A stretch of DNA of 64,000 bases from Oculina patagonica. Taxonomy: Eukaryota. Where the stretch lies: assembly GCF_052425735.1 (NCBI RefSeq), contig NC_135771.1, forward strand, positions 9,486,001 to 9,550,000, read 5' to 3'. The notes beneath the pieces are model-generated. The model was given only the letters and a program-made list of their open reading frames with translations. It had not been told where the DNA came from and did not search any database. Both the position numbers and the translations under genes were made by a program. Below, piece by piece: positions 11,108 to 23,900 of the stretch; position 1 is the first letter of the stretch, and each line of letters begins with the position of its first letter.

Positions 11108-12070
11108 TTACACCACAGAGGTTTGCATCACGCTGTTGGTCTCCTTGCCTCTGGACTGAACATCAACTTTGTTACGATGGCATCTTTTCAACAGGGCTGC
11201 CATATGTTGACGAAACCGATGACTCTGCAAACTGTATATGATTGGGTTTATGGCAGAATTCAGTGAAACCATCAGCACGGAAGCCGTGTGAATCTCACCG
11301 AACAACTGCTTCGCGGAAAAGGCGACGTAGATGTAGGCAAAACAGTTGGGAAACCAGCATATGCAGTAGATAAGGCTGACTGTGATGACCATTTTGGTGG
11401 AGTGCCGGCGATGTTTGAGTACTGCCTGTTGGGCCACTGTTGCCTGAGTGGCAGTATTGCTTTTGAACCACAGTTGATGGACCAACAGTGCGTACAGCAC
11501 TCCCATGATCAGGGCTGGAAAAACGAAGAATATCTGGCCGTTGATGACGCTGTGATACTTGATGAAATTCGACGTGGGCCAAAATGGAACGCAGCTTCCA
11601 GAGGTTTTGTCGTATTTTAGGTACATGAAGGCAGGCAGGTTAACACCAATTGCAAACACCCAGCATGCTGGAATGACATACTTGAGCTTCTTGGTAGTAA
11701 GCCTCTTCTTGTCGCTGTACGGATAGTTGATGGCCAGATACCGCTCCACAGCTATACAGACCAGGGTGAAGTCTGAAGCTAGGGCGCCGGTCCAAGTGAA
11801 GGAGTCTCCCGTCAGGATTTTGCAGAGGTAGTCGCCGAGAGTCCCGCTGGGGTGATTCAAGGTTTGGCTGAAGACGAACCTTGGAGACATGAAGACGGCA
11901 ACCATCATATCACAGACAGCGAGATTCACCAGAAGATAATTCATCGGGATGCGCATATCTCGGAACGACACTACAACCAGGCACACGAGGATATTGCCAA
12001 ATAAATTCGTGACCATCGAGAAGGTAAATGCGATGATGAAACCATCTTTGGTGAAGCTGTCCTCGGCCAT
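11108..12070 (-). CDS. Class A GPCR, neuropeptide-receptor-like (320 aa, single coding exon)
   Basis: 7TM with GN (TM1), NLAVCD (TM2), ERY, CWFP and NPIIY. A splice acceptor TTTAATTCAG sits 2 nt upstream of the ATG, implying an upstream exon. Confidence 0.93.
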   Translation of the reverse strand: MAEDSFTKDGFIIAFTFSMVTNLFGNILVCLVVVSFRDMRIPMNYLLVNLAVCDMMVAVFMSPRFVFSQTLNHPSGTLGDYLCKILTGDSFTWTGALASDFTLVCIAVERYLAINYPYSDKKRLTTKKLKYVIPACWVFAIGVNLPAFMYLKYDKTSGSCVPFWPTSNFIKYHSVINGQIFFVFPALIMGVLYALLVHQLWFKSNTATQATVAQQAVLKHRRHSTKMVITVSLIYCICWFPNCFAYIYVAFSAKQLFGEIHTASVLMVSLNSAINPIIYSLQSHRFRQHMAALLKRCHRNKVDVQSRGKETNSVMQTSVV

Positions 12071-15000
12071 GTCTGAATTAAACCTTAAATGGAATCGTCA
12101 TTATACTGTGAGCATACCAAAAATATGTGCTCATTGAAAAGCTCAACACAGAATCAGGGTTGAACACAGTTTGGAAAGTTGTCACACAGCCATTGAGTGT
12201 GACGTCATAAGGACGCGTCATAATGCTTAGTGACGTCTTTAATGACAGTCGCAGGAGACGGGACAATAGAGAAAAGTACTTTGAAGGAAGTCCTAAACTT
12301 CCTTTTTTCCTATCTAACAGGTCAGTCAACTCAATGCTTTATTACATGGTTCATTAAAGAAAGAAGAGCTTATCTCTGGAAGAGAAGCGTGCGTCACTCT
12401 TGTTATTACCCAGTACAAATGTAAACATGGGTAAACTAATATTGTGGGAATTGCAGATAATGTATAGGCAGCCAAACGTTCTAATCTGTAGGGGAATCAA
12501 TATAATCTAACACAGCTCATCACTGATTACAATTGTTGGCATAATGTACACAAATGTTTTCAATAGGTGTTTCTGACAGTCGATGTGATGACACAAAAGT
12601 TTACAAATATATACTGTACAAATTCTATTAAAAATGAAATGCCAATATTGTCTCTATTGGCAATAACCTATACGTAGTAATTTCCCATCAAATTCGTTGC
12701 TTTGGCAAAAAATGAAACAAATATTTAATGGGTAATTGTGACAACGTACCGAGCCAAATTTCTTGTTTCTATCTCAAAACGGAAAGCATAATGATAAAAT
12801 TGCATTTTATCTGCAGAAAATTATGAAAATTAAAACCAAAGCTACATGTAAGGTAGATTTTTAAACTAATAAAGTCTATTAAAAACATTGAGGGAGACAA
12901 GTGAACATGCGTCATCATCTTGGCACAGAAGCAACCGAGAACAAACAATGTCCAGTCAATTGATGTAAGCTCACAAAAAGTCTGGGTCTTCAAAGTGAAC
13001 CTTCCGTTTTTGCAAGTACAGTTCACATGCTTTACCATTTTAGTTTTGAAGGTGTTGCGACCAACTTAATAACGAGTACAATCGTCTTATTATCGACTCT
13101 TAGTGAACTCCCATCATAATAAACCCATCTTGATCGATTCGTATCGCAAAAATGTCATGATACCAATAATAATCGTTAATTTCTCGAAACAGAGAATGAA
13201 AACACACCACTTTTTGCTAATATAAATTTATACAGGCAAATGTCTTTATTAAGCGTATCGAATTCGACAATTGGTGGCTAATTTTTTCGTATACATTTTC
13301 AAGCGAATAGGTGACGCCGGAAACGAAACACCAAAACAGTCTCGATAAAAAAGTCATTTTTTTTTTAAAAAAAATAAGTTATCTGCAAGAATGCCTCATA
13401 TTTTAACTCTGAACTGGAAAGATTAAACCGGGTTCAACACAAAGCTCCCTTGAAACCAATTTTCCCCCCACGCCATCCTTTTGGATCAACTGCGCAAACA
13501 ACGTTCTTCATCTCCGGTAGTACTTGAAGCAGAAATTTGATCAATTTATGCAATTAGCGAAATTGTTTGGGAAGCACTTTTAATTTGACATACAGCTTAT
13601 GAATCAATTCACTTTGGAAAAGAGTGTTCTGACAGCTAGTACGTTGAAAATTACAGTTTAGTCTAGCTCAGATCCTGAATATGAACTTTTTTCTTAGCTT
13701 TCTTGAAGCTGTATTTGGTGTCTTTTTCGTTTTTAACATTTTATGTAAATGATTTTATTCGATAGAGCTTCTCGATCAGGTTATTTTGTTTCAAATCGCC
13801 AAAAAAAGATAAGCTGCTGATTTATCGTCGGATGAAAGTTCAAGTTCTTCAGAAACAGCACGAAACCTTCTCCAGTTAAAAACTAAAACGTTAAAAAAAA
13901 TAAATAACTGTGATTTTGTATCCCCATCTTTGTTTTATGTTATCTTGCCTAGCAGATCTGAATTGCCGTTTTTGAACTAAAAAAGACTTTTTTTAATTAG
14001 TATTAAGCCGGATCAAGCCATACTTATTTTACTCATAGTCAAACGCATCCACGTTGCGAAATCGCATTAAAGTTTTAAATTATTACCGCATGTATCTTCT
14101 CTCGAGCTCACACGTCAAAGCAAAAATTGAAAGCGGAAAATTTGTTCGGTGATGAAATCTTAGCTTTAAAGCAGACAGTATCTAAGCGTTCCAACTGCAA
14201 ATTTCGTTAAGGTAGACATCATTTACATGTAAACTCAATATTTTCGTTCGTCGAAAAATATACAAATGATAAGTTCCAAAACTCGTTTCAACCTTCATTG
14301 TTCAATAGGGATTCTCCTGCGATTCTTTTCACAATTTTTGCAGTATTTTTTTGCACGGTTCAGACTGTTGCTTTCAGGTTGTACTTCATCTTAAGACAAT
14401 TTTTTACGAAACAAAAAGTCGCCTTTAGCAGCATACCACAACCCCTCTAACCAAACCTACCCAGCACACAAATTCTTAATATCTTTTGTGTTCCTAATAA
14501 AAGCTCTGCTTACCTCGTTTTCTTCTGTCGCAGTTCTTCTGTGCGAAAGACAAGTTGTAAACTAGTTGGTAGCTATCTCCAAGCAAGTAGGTGTCCCGCT
14601 TATATCAGCTGCAAGTGTTTACTGAAGCACCAGTGAAATTGTTATTGAAACACAAGCAGTTGTATTTACCTTTTATATTCTCCTGTTGATGAACCAGTAA
14701 CAACTAATTTTCATCAGACTTCCTTGCAACGGATGTCTGTCATTGGTTTTGTAAAAGACGTCGTAAAGCTGTCAATCTTGTAGTCGTCAGCAGCCTAGAT
14801 GATTCTTGATTAACGTCATAAAAATAGCCCAGGATTGTTAATCAAATTGTCAGTTTCCTTAAAAAGTGTAATTTACGGTCCACACACTGCACAAAAACGT
14901 TTTTGAAATTAGAGATGTGTGGAGGTTAAAAAAAGTTTTTTTTTTTTTCGGGGGGGGGGGTGCCTTTATCTATCCATTGTTCAACTTCGTACGCGAGAAA

Positions 15001-15462
15001 ATATCAATTTTAATTAAAAATCGGACGATTTATATCGTTAGACATTATTGTTCACATTCAACCCTTACAATATGGTTGACAGGTATCACCTTTAGCTAAG
15101 ATAAGGCGTGTGTCTTATCAAAAAATGGGTTGGCGCGTCTTAACTTTAGCTGCTCAATTATGGAGCGTGTGACCTTTACAATTTGGTTAGGATGTATAGC
15201 TCTAAGCTAAAATTTGGCTTTTTAATATGGTTTGTGGTTATCGCATTTAGCTCAATTAAGGTTATGTCGATTTTAAAGTTTGGCTGCAAGTATCGCATTC
15301 GGGCTAACGTCGAAATTTGGGTTTGGATGTGTTGCCCTTACTCAACCTCTGGGAACGAGGTTAGCCCTTACCGTTCTGACCAGTTTGATTGGCAGGAGTC
15401 ACCTTTGTCTAAATTTGTGCGTCGCCTTTTCAGTTTAGAACTTGTGTATTACCCTTACAGTC

Positions 15463-15479
15463 AGACAGACAGACAGACC

Positions 15480-15529
<50 letters not shown>

Positions 15530-15530
15530 T
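15463..15530 (+). repeat. (GACA)n microsatellite
   Basis: Direct tetranucleotide run with one interruption. Confidence 0.95.
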
Positions 15531-15879
15531 GACTTTATTTATCCACGGTAGTTCCTCTCAGCAAAAATTCTATTAACAAATATAAGAATTAAAACTATTA
15601 TGATATAAAAGTAAATTACAAGAGAAATGACTCAAAACTAAACTAACTACCTACCTATTCAAGAATGGTAATAAAAACAAAGAAACAAAAAGGTACTGCT
15701 CTTCAGGGATGCCGTGTCTCACTCACTAACTGTGATTGACCCGTGTCGTATTTACCTTAGTTTAGTTGTCTAGTGTCCTTTTGTAACATTTTAACATGTA
15801 GTTACACATGGTCATGTAAATTGAGTTTTGAGTATGTTTGGTGCGTACAAGTTTGTTGGTTACATATGGTCAGGGTCGT

Positions 15880-16200
15880 ATTGTTTTTTATACCATGCCA
15901 TAGAAAATACAGCCAATCAGAATACAGGAAAGCCGTTGTATATTCGACGGTATTCAACCCAACCTTCCCATAGTGCGCTGCGACTGTATTCTCGACGAAA
16001 TTTAGTAAGCGTATTTTCTATGGCATGGTATAAAATAGTTACACAACACTTTCTCGTGGTATACTATGGAATATCCCACTTGTCACTTGCATTTTCTTGG
16101 CATACACACTCGCCTAAAGGCTCGTGTGTACACCGAGAAAATACAAGTGACTCGTGGGATATTCCATAGTATACCACTCGAAAGCGTTGCATAACTAGTA
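15880..16200. mobile_element. MITE-like element with internal inverted repeats
   Basis: TTTTATACCATGCCATAGAAAATAC / GTATTTTCTATGGCATGGTATAAAA pair, and a second GTGGTATACTATGGAATATCCCAC inverted pair. Confidence 0.6.
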
Positions 16201-17084
16201 TGTACGTGATGCCGTGATAAGCACAAAAGGTCGTGTACAACCCTTGCGCTTGGGTTAGGGCGGTTACTGTTGTACTGCCCTTATAGTTTGCTTGGCGTGT
16301 GTTTCCTTGGGTACACATTATCGTGTGCCCTTAAATGGATTTGGGCGGTTCACCTTGCTTACCAATGGGTGTGTACTACCGTATGTTGCCTTGGTTACAT
16401 GTAATTGGGTTTTACACTAAAATCTTGGATCGCGCTTAACGCCTTGGTTACGTATAATAGTGTACTCCTTCAGTATTAATGGCGCGTGTTCCCTTGTTAC
16501 ATATGGTTGTGCGATTCCCTGGAAGTTTGATTTGAGTGTTTCGCATTGATAACATATGAACAAGTATCACCCTTGATCGGCGCTTGTTTCCTGGCATGGT
16601 TACACATGGTCATGTAAATTCCTTTAAGTTTGACTTGAGCGTTTCTCTTTGTTTGCATGTGAGCTTGTATCGCCCTTCAAGTTTGATTGGCTTGCATCAC
16701 CTCAGTTACATACTGTTTGAGTTTGGGTGGCACACGCCACCTTAGTTACAAATGGTCGTGTATAACCAGAAGAAGAGAAAACCTATTTTCAATTGGATAA
16801 GGGCGTTCTCCTTGAGAAGATACGGTCGTTTGATTGGCGTATGCTACCTTGAATACTTTATCGTGTATGTTATCTATGTTACAATAGCCAGACCACTACC
16901 CGTGTATTGAAACTTTGAAATGCGGTATGTGAAACACATGCACAATTGTTTTAACGACAAGTCATTTAGAAGCGGGCAGCGTGAAACGCGCGCAAACTAC
17001 AGACAGTTTCTTTTCCTTCTTCAAATATTATTTTGGAAAATTACTGCAGAAGGGCAACACTGGTCAACAGTACCAAAACTATGA

Positions 17085-17440
17085 AATGAATATATGAAAT
17101 TCATATATTTGTATTGCAGATATACATTTTAAGCAAATGAAGGATCATCGAGTAATGTACTCAACTTAAGCAGTTTAGAAAAGCAAGCCTGAAAAAAAAT
17201 TCAGGCTTGAACGGTCGAACCCATGACCTCTGCGATACTAGTGCAGCGCTCTAACCAACTGAGCTATCAAGCCACTGGGAGCTGGTCACTGTGAGTTCGT
17301 AATATACCCGTGGATGGAGAAGATAGAAATATATAGAAATTCATATATTTGTATTGCGGATATACATTTTAAGCAAATGAAGGATCATCGCAGTAATGTA
17401 CTCAACTTAAGCAGTTGAGAAAAGCAAGCCTGAAAAAAAA
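17085..17440 (-). repeat. tRNA-derived repeat with ~110-bp direct duplication
   Basis: The minus strand reads GGCTTGATAGCTCAGTTGGTTAGAGCGCTGCACTAGTATCGCAGAGGTCATGGGTTCGA, with a damaged T-arm. The segment 17095-17200 is repeated at 17335-17440. Confidence 0.7.
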
Positions 17441-20400
17441 AACTACTCTTCATTTTAAAACTAAAAACTACTCTTCATTTTAAACTGACCATGACTGCAG
17501 GCTATTGTTAGTCGTTCCCCAATCCGTTGTCTTGTGAGAAGACAACAATGACGAGAGGGTTGGGGGCATGCTCCCCGGGAAAATTTTAAAATTTGGGCCT
17601 CTGGAGGAAGAATTAGTTATTTCAACAGAACCGTACATTGTCATTTTATACAGCTAGAATACGTAAGTGCTCTTAAACGTTTTTCATATATTTGATTCTA
17701 GCCGATAGTGGTAAATCACGAACAACCCTTTTACCAGCGATGGCCAGTTTTCTGGCCAAGCAGAAAAGACCCCATTCCATCACCAATGGCCGGAAAACTG
17801 GCCAAACAAAACAAACTATCTTTCTTTTGGAAAAAACTGGGCACTACTTGGAAAAGCACATGCTTTGAAAAACTGAAGGGTAATGAAAGCGTTGTGAAAC
17901 GAGGAAGAAATTTTAGGTCTTTTTTCAAACCATGCGTTGTCCATGTTATGTTTGTTGCCACTATTTATGTTTGTAACCCTCCCCCTCCTGTGAAAAAAAC
18001 AGGTTTGGCCCTCCCCGATTTGTAAAAATTTTACTGATGACCCTCCCCTCTGAGGCCCCGGCCCACCCCTCCCCCCCCCAATAAAAAACGTACCTTCCCT
18101 TAGTAAAGCGAAATAAGTCAGCGCGCGATAGCAAGATTTAAGCACCCCAAGCTGATTATTATAGCAGCGCTTGACATAAGCGATCATTGTGGAACTGAAA
18201 ACCCAAGTTAAATTTTATATTCCACAAATAAAAAAAATATAACTTACCATTTGCGGTTTTGTCTTGCTTCTATTTGAACTGGAACGGCGGGCCGCGCTGT
18301 TTGCGAATTGCGTTACCATATTATTTCCCGCCAGAATAAATTAACCCGGTAACAGTAATCTTTCGACGAAAATGCCGAATCTCTTTTCGTTTATTAGACA
18401 AAACCTTGCACAATCTTACAGGGCTTTCTTTTTGCATTCATCTATACGAGTTTTGAAGTAGCGAGGAAAATGTAGCAAAAAAATGAAATAAAAATATTCT
18501 TAAATTGGTAACAATGCTACTCAATTCATGTCGTGAAGACTAGCTACAACAATCGACTCCTTGAAAGCCCCAATCTTCACACATCAATTGTTTCCGCGTG
18601 CAGAATTACTGTTGATCTCGCTCTAACCGAATCATTTTCGTCGACTCGCTTTTACATTTATAACTTACCAAAGTCGACTCATACTTGCGGCTGTCCGTCG
18701 GATATCCAATGTCGTATAGCTGATACAAAAACACCAAAACGCCGCCTCAAACTTGACCGTGTTGCAAAGAAAACTTATGAAACAGGACTGAATCATTTAA
18801 GGTCGCAAACATTTCCGATATCGACAGTTTAGCAAAGAATATTCTTAAAGAAGATACACCGGTACGTTTCGAAACTGCAAAAGCAGAAATGAGTGACACA
18901 AGAAACATCACGTACACATAGCTTGGACCGGTTTCATTTCACATTTCCTGGCATGCGGTGACAAGTCATGTACAAGATTAAAAGACCTCCTGGACATAAT
19001 TTTTTTCAATCTGTAGTCGCAAACAATGGTCTGCCTCCACAGACTGTTAAATTTAATTTGTGTCTCGCAAGAAAAACTAGTGACAGGATATTTGGCCATG
19101 GACTACTCTTCCATTCAGCTTTTCACACTGCTTAAATCTCGGAATGTACAAAATGATTAACCGAATAAATGCAACAATATTATAAAACCAAATACCTTAA
19201 TCAGCTTCTGTTCGACTTCATAGCTCGCGTCTTGCTGCAACATTGTACACCAATGTGGTTTACCGTTTTCCCGCTCCATAATTCGCGCTAAAAGGTCCTT
19301 AAACTCTGCGTTCATTTGAGCTTTCTTCAGCTAAATACAGTCGGAATTATAACACTGTTTTTATCCCTCGCTTTCCTCGTGGTAAACAGCATAATGAATT
19401 GGTTATGATGATTCATTTGCAATTCAAATAACAGACAACGGTCACGTGCGTTTAGGCGCATTTCGATGTTATTTGTGTACCAGGTTGTGCATTACTTTTC
19501 GATCTGAAAGAAGGACAATGCGCATTTTTTCCTTTTTTTCATTATCTACATTAGTTAATTTATTTGTATAATTTCTTTTAAATTTATATTTTTATCTACA
19601 CATTTTTTTAAAAATAAATTAAGAGGTAAGGTGAGGTGACGGGTCTAACTCATCCCATCTTGCACATTCGACCGTTAACTAACTTTTTTGTCCTATATTT
19701 TGCACAAGCCTTTCAGCCTGTAAATTCTGTCCCAAGAATGATGATTTCCAGTGCTTTAATCCCTCATTGTTGGAATCCCCTGTTAACCTGTGATGATCAC
19801 TCCACGCAAATACAATTCTAGTCTTCTGATCAAGCTATTGCTATTGATGCTTTTATTAGTAACTAGACAGAAAATATAGAATGAATGACAGAAATAAGTT
19901 ATTGCTTTACAACTTCTGACAATTTTTCACATGTAAAGAACAATTACCACCTAATGTGAAATGAGTTTTACTTTGTTTTATTATTTAAAATTTATTTCTA
20001 AAGCTATTCTCAGTGCTATACACCTTTATAAAATAACACAAATATTTTATTCACAGTCTTTCATTTTAGGCAAAGGATATAAAATCAAATCAATCTTTGG
20101 GATACCAACAGTTGTCTATGCATGCACGTGGAACGTTTGAAATTTATATATTACGGATAGATTATCTTTAAAAGTTTAGCCTACGTGTTTTGAAGTTTAT
20201 TTGCAATCTGTTTCAGTTGACCCTACTCTTAGTCACCCTGGTTCTCTTTGCTTTGTTCTTGTTTGTGGAATTCTATAAAACTATTAAACTATGTTGGCGA
20301 TTTTTCCGAGTAATTCTGTATCTCGTGGCGTGGCTAAAAATATTGTAAAGTCACTTTGCTAATGGATAGTCAATTTAATTATATCATGATGCAAAGTGAA

Positions 20401-20593
20401 AGAACTAGAATCCTTGCTATACCAGCTACAACAATTGCTATTTAAAGCTTGCTGGGATAAAATTTAATGTTGTTAGTGATTTTGTAACTGCAAAGTGAAT
20501 CCTGATAACTGTTTTGTTGACCTCTCATGCACGTCGTTGCGGTAACGACGATGACGATGACGATGATGACGAAGACGGTGGCATGGCATAGAT

Positions 20594-20741
20594 NNNNNNN
20601 NNNNNNNNNNNNNNNNNNNNNNNNNNNNNNNNNNNNNNNNNNNNNNNNNNNNNNNNNNNNNNNNNNNNNNNNNNNNNNNNNNNNNNNNNNNNNNNNNNNN
20701 NNNNNNNNNNNNNNNNNNNNNNNNNNNNNNNNNNNNNNNNN
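20594..20741. other. Assembly gap (148 N) flanked by (GAT/GAC)n-like microsatellite
   Basis: N run in the sequence. Confidence 1.
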
Positions 20742-20937
20742 TTATCGTTGTTACTGTTGTGTTTATGAAAATGTGATGACATTGTTTTTGATGTTGTTGG
20801 TGATTGTAATTATGAATGCATCGGCGATAAATGATGACGATGACGGTGAAGATATCGATGACAAAGATTAATGTGCCAACGATTGCTAAGGTAATCTGCG
20901 CGAAGAAATTTTTTTTAGCAAGCCTTGGATCAGTCGA

Positions 20938-23900
20938 CTAATCATCATTGCCTTCATCAGCTTCATGCTCAATGACTGGCAATCCTTCCGGTTCCACAAG
21001 CCACGCGAATTCTGTAAAATGATACAAATACAAATTCTTAAGAAACGTCTATAATCTAAAGACGTTGTACGAATCTGTGGTAAGAATTGTGGTAACCCCG
21101 CACCTCTTCCAGACCTCTATTTTCATTGGCCTCGATAAACTGTAGCTGCTGTTGTTTTTAGGGCTATGGACATTGATTGCAACATTAAGTCTTTTGTTTT
21201 TGTTAGCCAATAACGGATCTCGTTTAGACAGCTACTGGACGGCCCAAGAATGGCTACGTGAGCTATTTGAAACTTGACGTCAATAGATATAAAATGCATT
21301 GAATAAAGTGAGCTTTCACATGCTCCCCGGGGAATCCCATATTAAAAAGGGGCGGGGATGCTTGTCGGTAATTTTGAAAAGAGCCCCCGAAAGAGACCAA
21401 TCTGGGCGTGGCTCAAGCACTCTTGACCCCTAAACTATACCAAAATACTAAACCGGCAAAATAGAATTTATATTTGTATATTTCTTCGTGTGCAAACCCT
21501 AAACGAGACCTCGACGGCTAAAATATGAGCCCGGAACACCCTAAGTGAGACCAAAAATCCAAAATTTACACCCCTAAGCAAGACGACGAGCATCCCACCC
21601 CTTTCATTTGGGTCTCCCCCCGGGACACTCGTTTTTTTCAATCTTTGCATGGTAACTAATTTTGTTTGGTTTTTCTACTAGTAATATCTGTTTGATGAAT
21701 GCGTAGATTTTAAAATCAAGATGTAAACAATGGCGTCAGCAAGAGGGGCCTGTAACGAGAGTCCTGAAGGGAGGGAGGAGGAGGAGGGGGATATAAATCT
21801 CACTTTAAAACACCCCTCTGTAACAGACCCAGTGGAATCTTCATTCTCACCGGGTTTTCGAAACAAACGTCACTGGGTTGGCCAATTTCCCACTGGGTCG
21901 GCTTATTTGGGCTCGTTTTTAAAAAGGTCTATTCGACAAAAGTCACACTGTACAGTCACTGGGGAAGCATAAAAATAGGCGGGTAAAATCAAAATATCTG
22001 CTGGGTACCGGGGAGACTAAATTTTCACTGGGTAGGGGAAAATAATCCACTGGGTCGGGTTCCACTGGGTCTGTTACAGAGGGGTATTTTAAATTTCCTA
22101 GCCTATTGTTTCCCAACTTTTCCCAAATCCCATTCCCAGTTCCATTATTTTTTGTTTGTGATGACCCAAATCCCATTTTCCCATTGAAAATTTGCCCAAA
22201 TCCCATTTCCCATTTTACACATTCAGGCCTCTCTGTTATGCTCTGTTATCTGTCGATCGAGCTTCATACCTTCCATACTTATCCTTCTGTCTTGGTGCAG
22301 ATTAGCGGCTGTAATCAGATCTTTAAGGTCTTCTGCGGAGACTTTCCAATCCATGTTTTCCAACAGCTCTCTCAATTCAGCAGACTCGATATACCCTCTG
22401 TTATCCGGGTCAAAAACGCGAAAAGCTTGAATGATGTCTTCTTCTCTATCTTCAGGTTTTTTCTGTTGTTCCATGAGTTGTATATACTCCTCAAAGTTTA
22501 ACCTCCCGTCCCCTGGTTAAAAAAACAATTGAAAACTGAATGGAGTACCAATAACCAAAAACACAAGGATATTTGAATGGAAATTCCCAGCGATATTTCA
22601 CACTAGAATGTCTGATAACATAATTATATTCATAGGTACTGAAGAGGTCATTGAATTATATTTAAAACTCTGTTTTTTTATATTAATAAGACATTCGACA
22701 ACACGAAGGATATATGATGCTCCTCCAGGGGTTGCAAGGAACAAAGGAACATGGCCGTAAACGTTTTGGGAACATGTGGTTTTGGGTAAAAAAAAAAAAA
22801 AAGAAAATGAAACTGGGAACACGGGGGCAAATAGTTAGGGAGGGACCAGGGAACATCAAAATCAAAGAAATACTTTTAGGGAACATAAGCTGATGAGAAC
22901 AAAAGGAAAATTTTGTTGGGAACAGGGGAACATGGACCCCCCCGGGGGCCCCTCACATATAAGGCTCGATACTGGGCCTCTGAATCTGGTTAACTGATAA
23001 GGCCATCAATCCAACCACTGCTGAGAGGAGAAAGCCCTAGGCTGTACAAGCAAAGTCATCCACCCACGAACGTTTAAACATTAAAAGGGTAAATTCCTTT
23101 TTTAAATTTGTGACAAAACCTTCAGTAACCCATAAAAGTAATACAGTGGAACCGCGATGTAACGAACCCATTTACAACGAAGTCCCGCTATATAACGAAC
23201 AGTTATCTCTAATCCGGCAAAAGTTACTAACAGCGAAATGTCCGACCAGAAGCCCGGTTTAACAAGCTGCCCCGGGCTTCACTGTCTTGCATTCACTTAC
23301 CATCGTAATCCACAGTGAAAATCATTTGTTGCAAGTCTTCTTCTGTCGGGTTAAAACCCAGAGTTTTCATGATGGAATTCAGTTCTTTCGTAGTGATGTA
23401 CCCATTGTTATCTCGGTCAAACATGTAGAAGGCATCCCGGTATTCTACGAAAAAATGTTTTGTTGTTATAGCAGTTATTTTAAAGTTGTTGTTTATCCAA
23501 AATAGCTGCATTTTAATTGTTGACATCACTGTATGATTTGATTTGTCAATGGTTCTAAGATTATCAAAAAGTCCTGTTTTTTACATGATGGCTTACGATC
23601 GCAACGATTTCTAAGAAAACATCAAACATCAACAAAGCAAGCTTAGCTGAGTATGACAAATGCATTGACTTAGCCTACGTTTACACGGGGCCGGTCCGGA
23701 ACCGTTCCGAACCGAACCGGACCTGTTTACATGGAACCATTTGGAACCGATCCAGGTGTTTACACGGGACCGTTCTGGAACCGGTCCGCAACGGATCCAT
23801 AACTGGACCTGCAAAATAGCAGGTCCAGTTTTGGATCCGTTACGGACAGGTTCCAGAACGGTCCCGTGTAAACAGAAGGCCTATCCGGTTCGAAAATCGG

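Larger units (their letters stand above)
15100..16860. repeat. Degenerate ~50-60 bp tandem array interrupted by a microsatellite and a MITE
   Basis: Recurring AGTTTGATTGGC...CCTTGGTTACA(C/T)ATGGTC-like units. Confidence 0.5.

Noticed and set aside
17195-17280. Possible tRNA gene on the minus strand
   Set aside because: T-arm is damaged and it sits in a duplicated repeat unit; treated as a tRNA-derived repeat.
14505-18260. Minus-strand donor sites near 14512 and 18247 as 5' exons of the GPCR at 12070
   Set aside because: Plausible but cannot be supported without transcript data.
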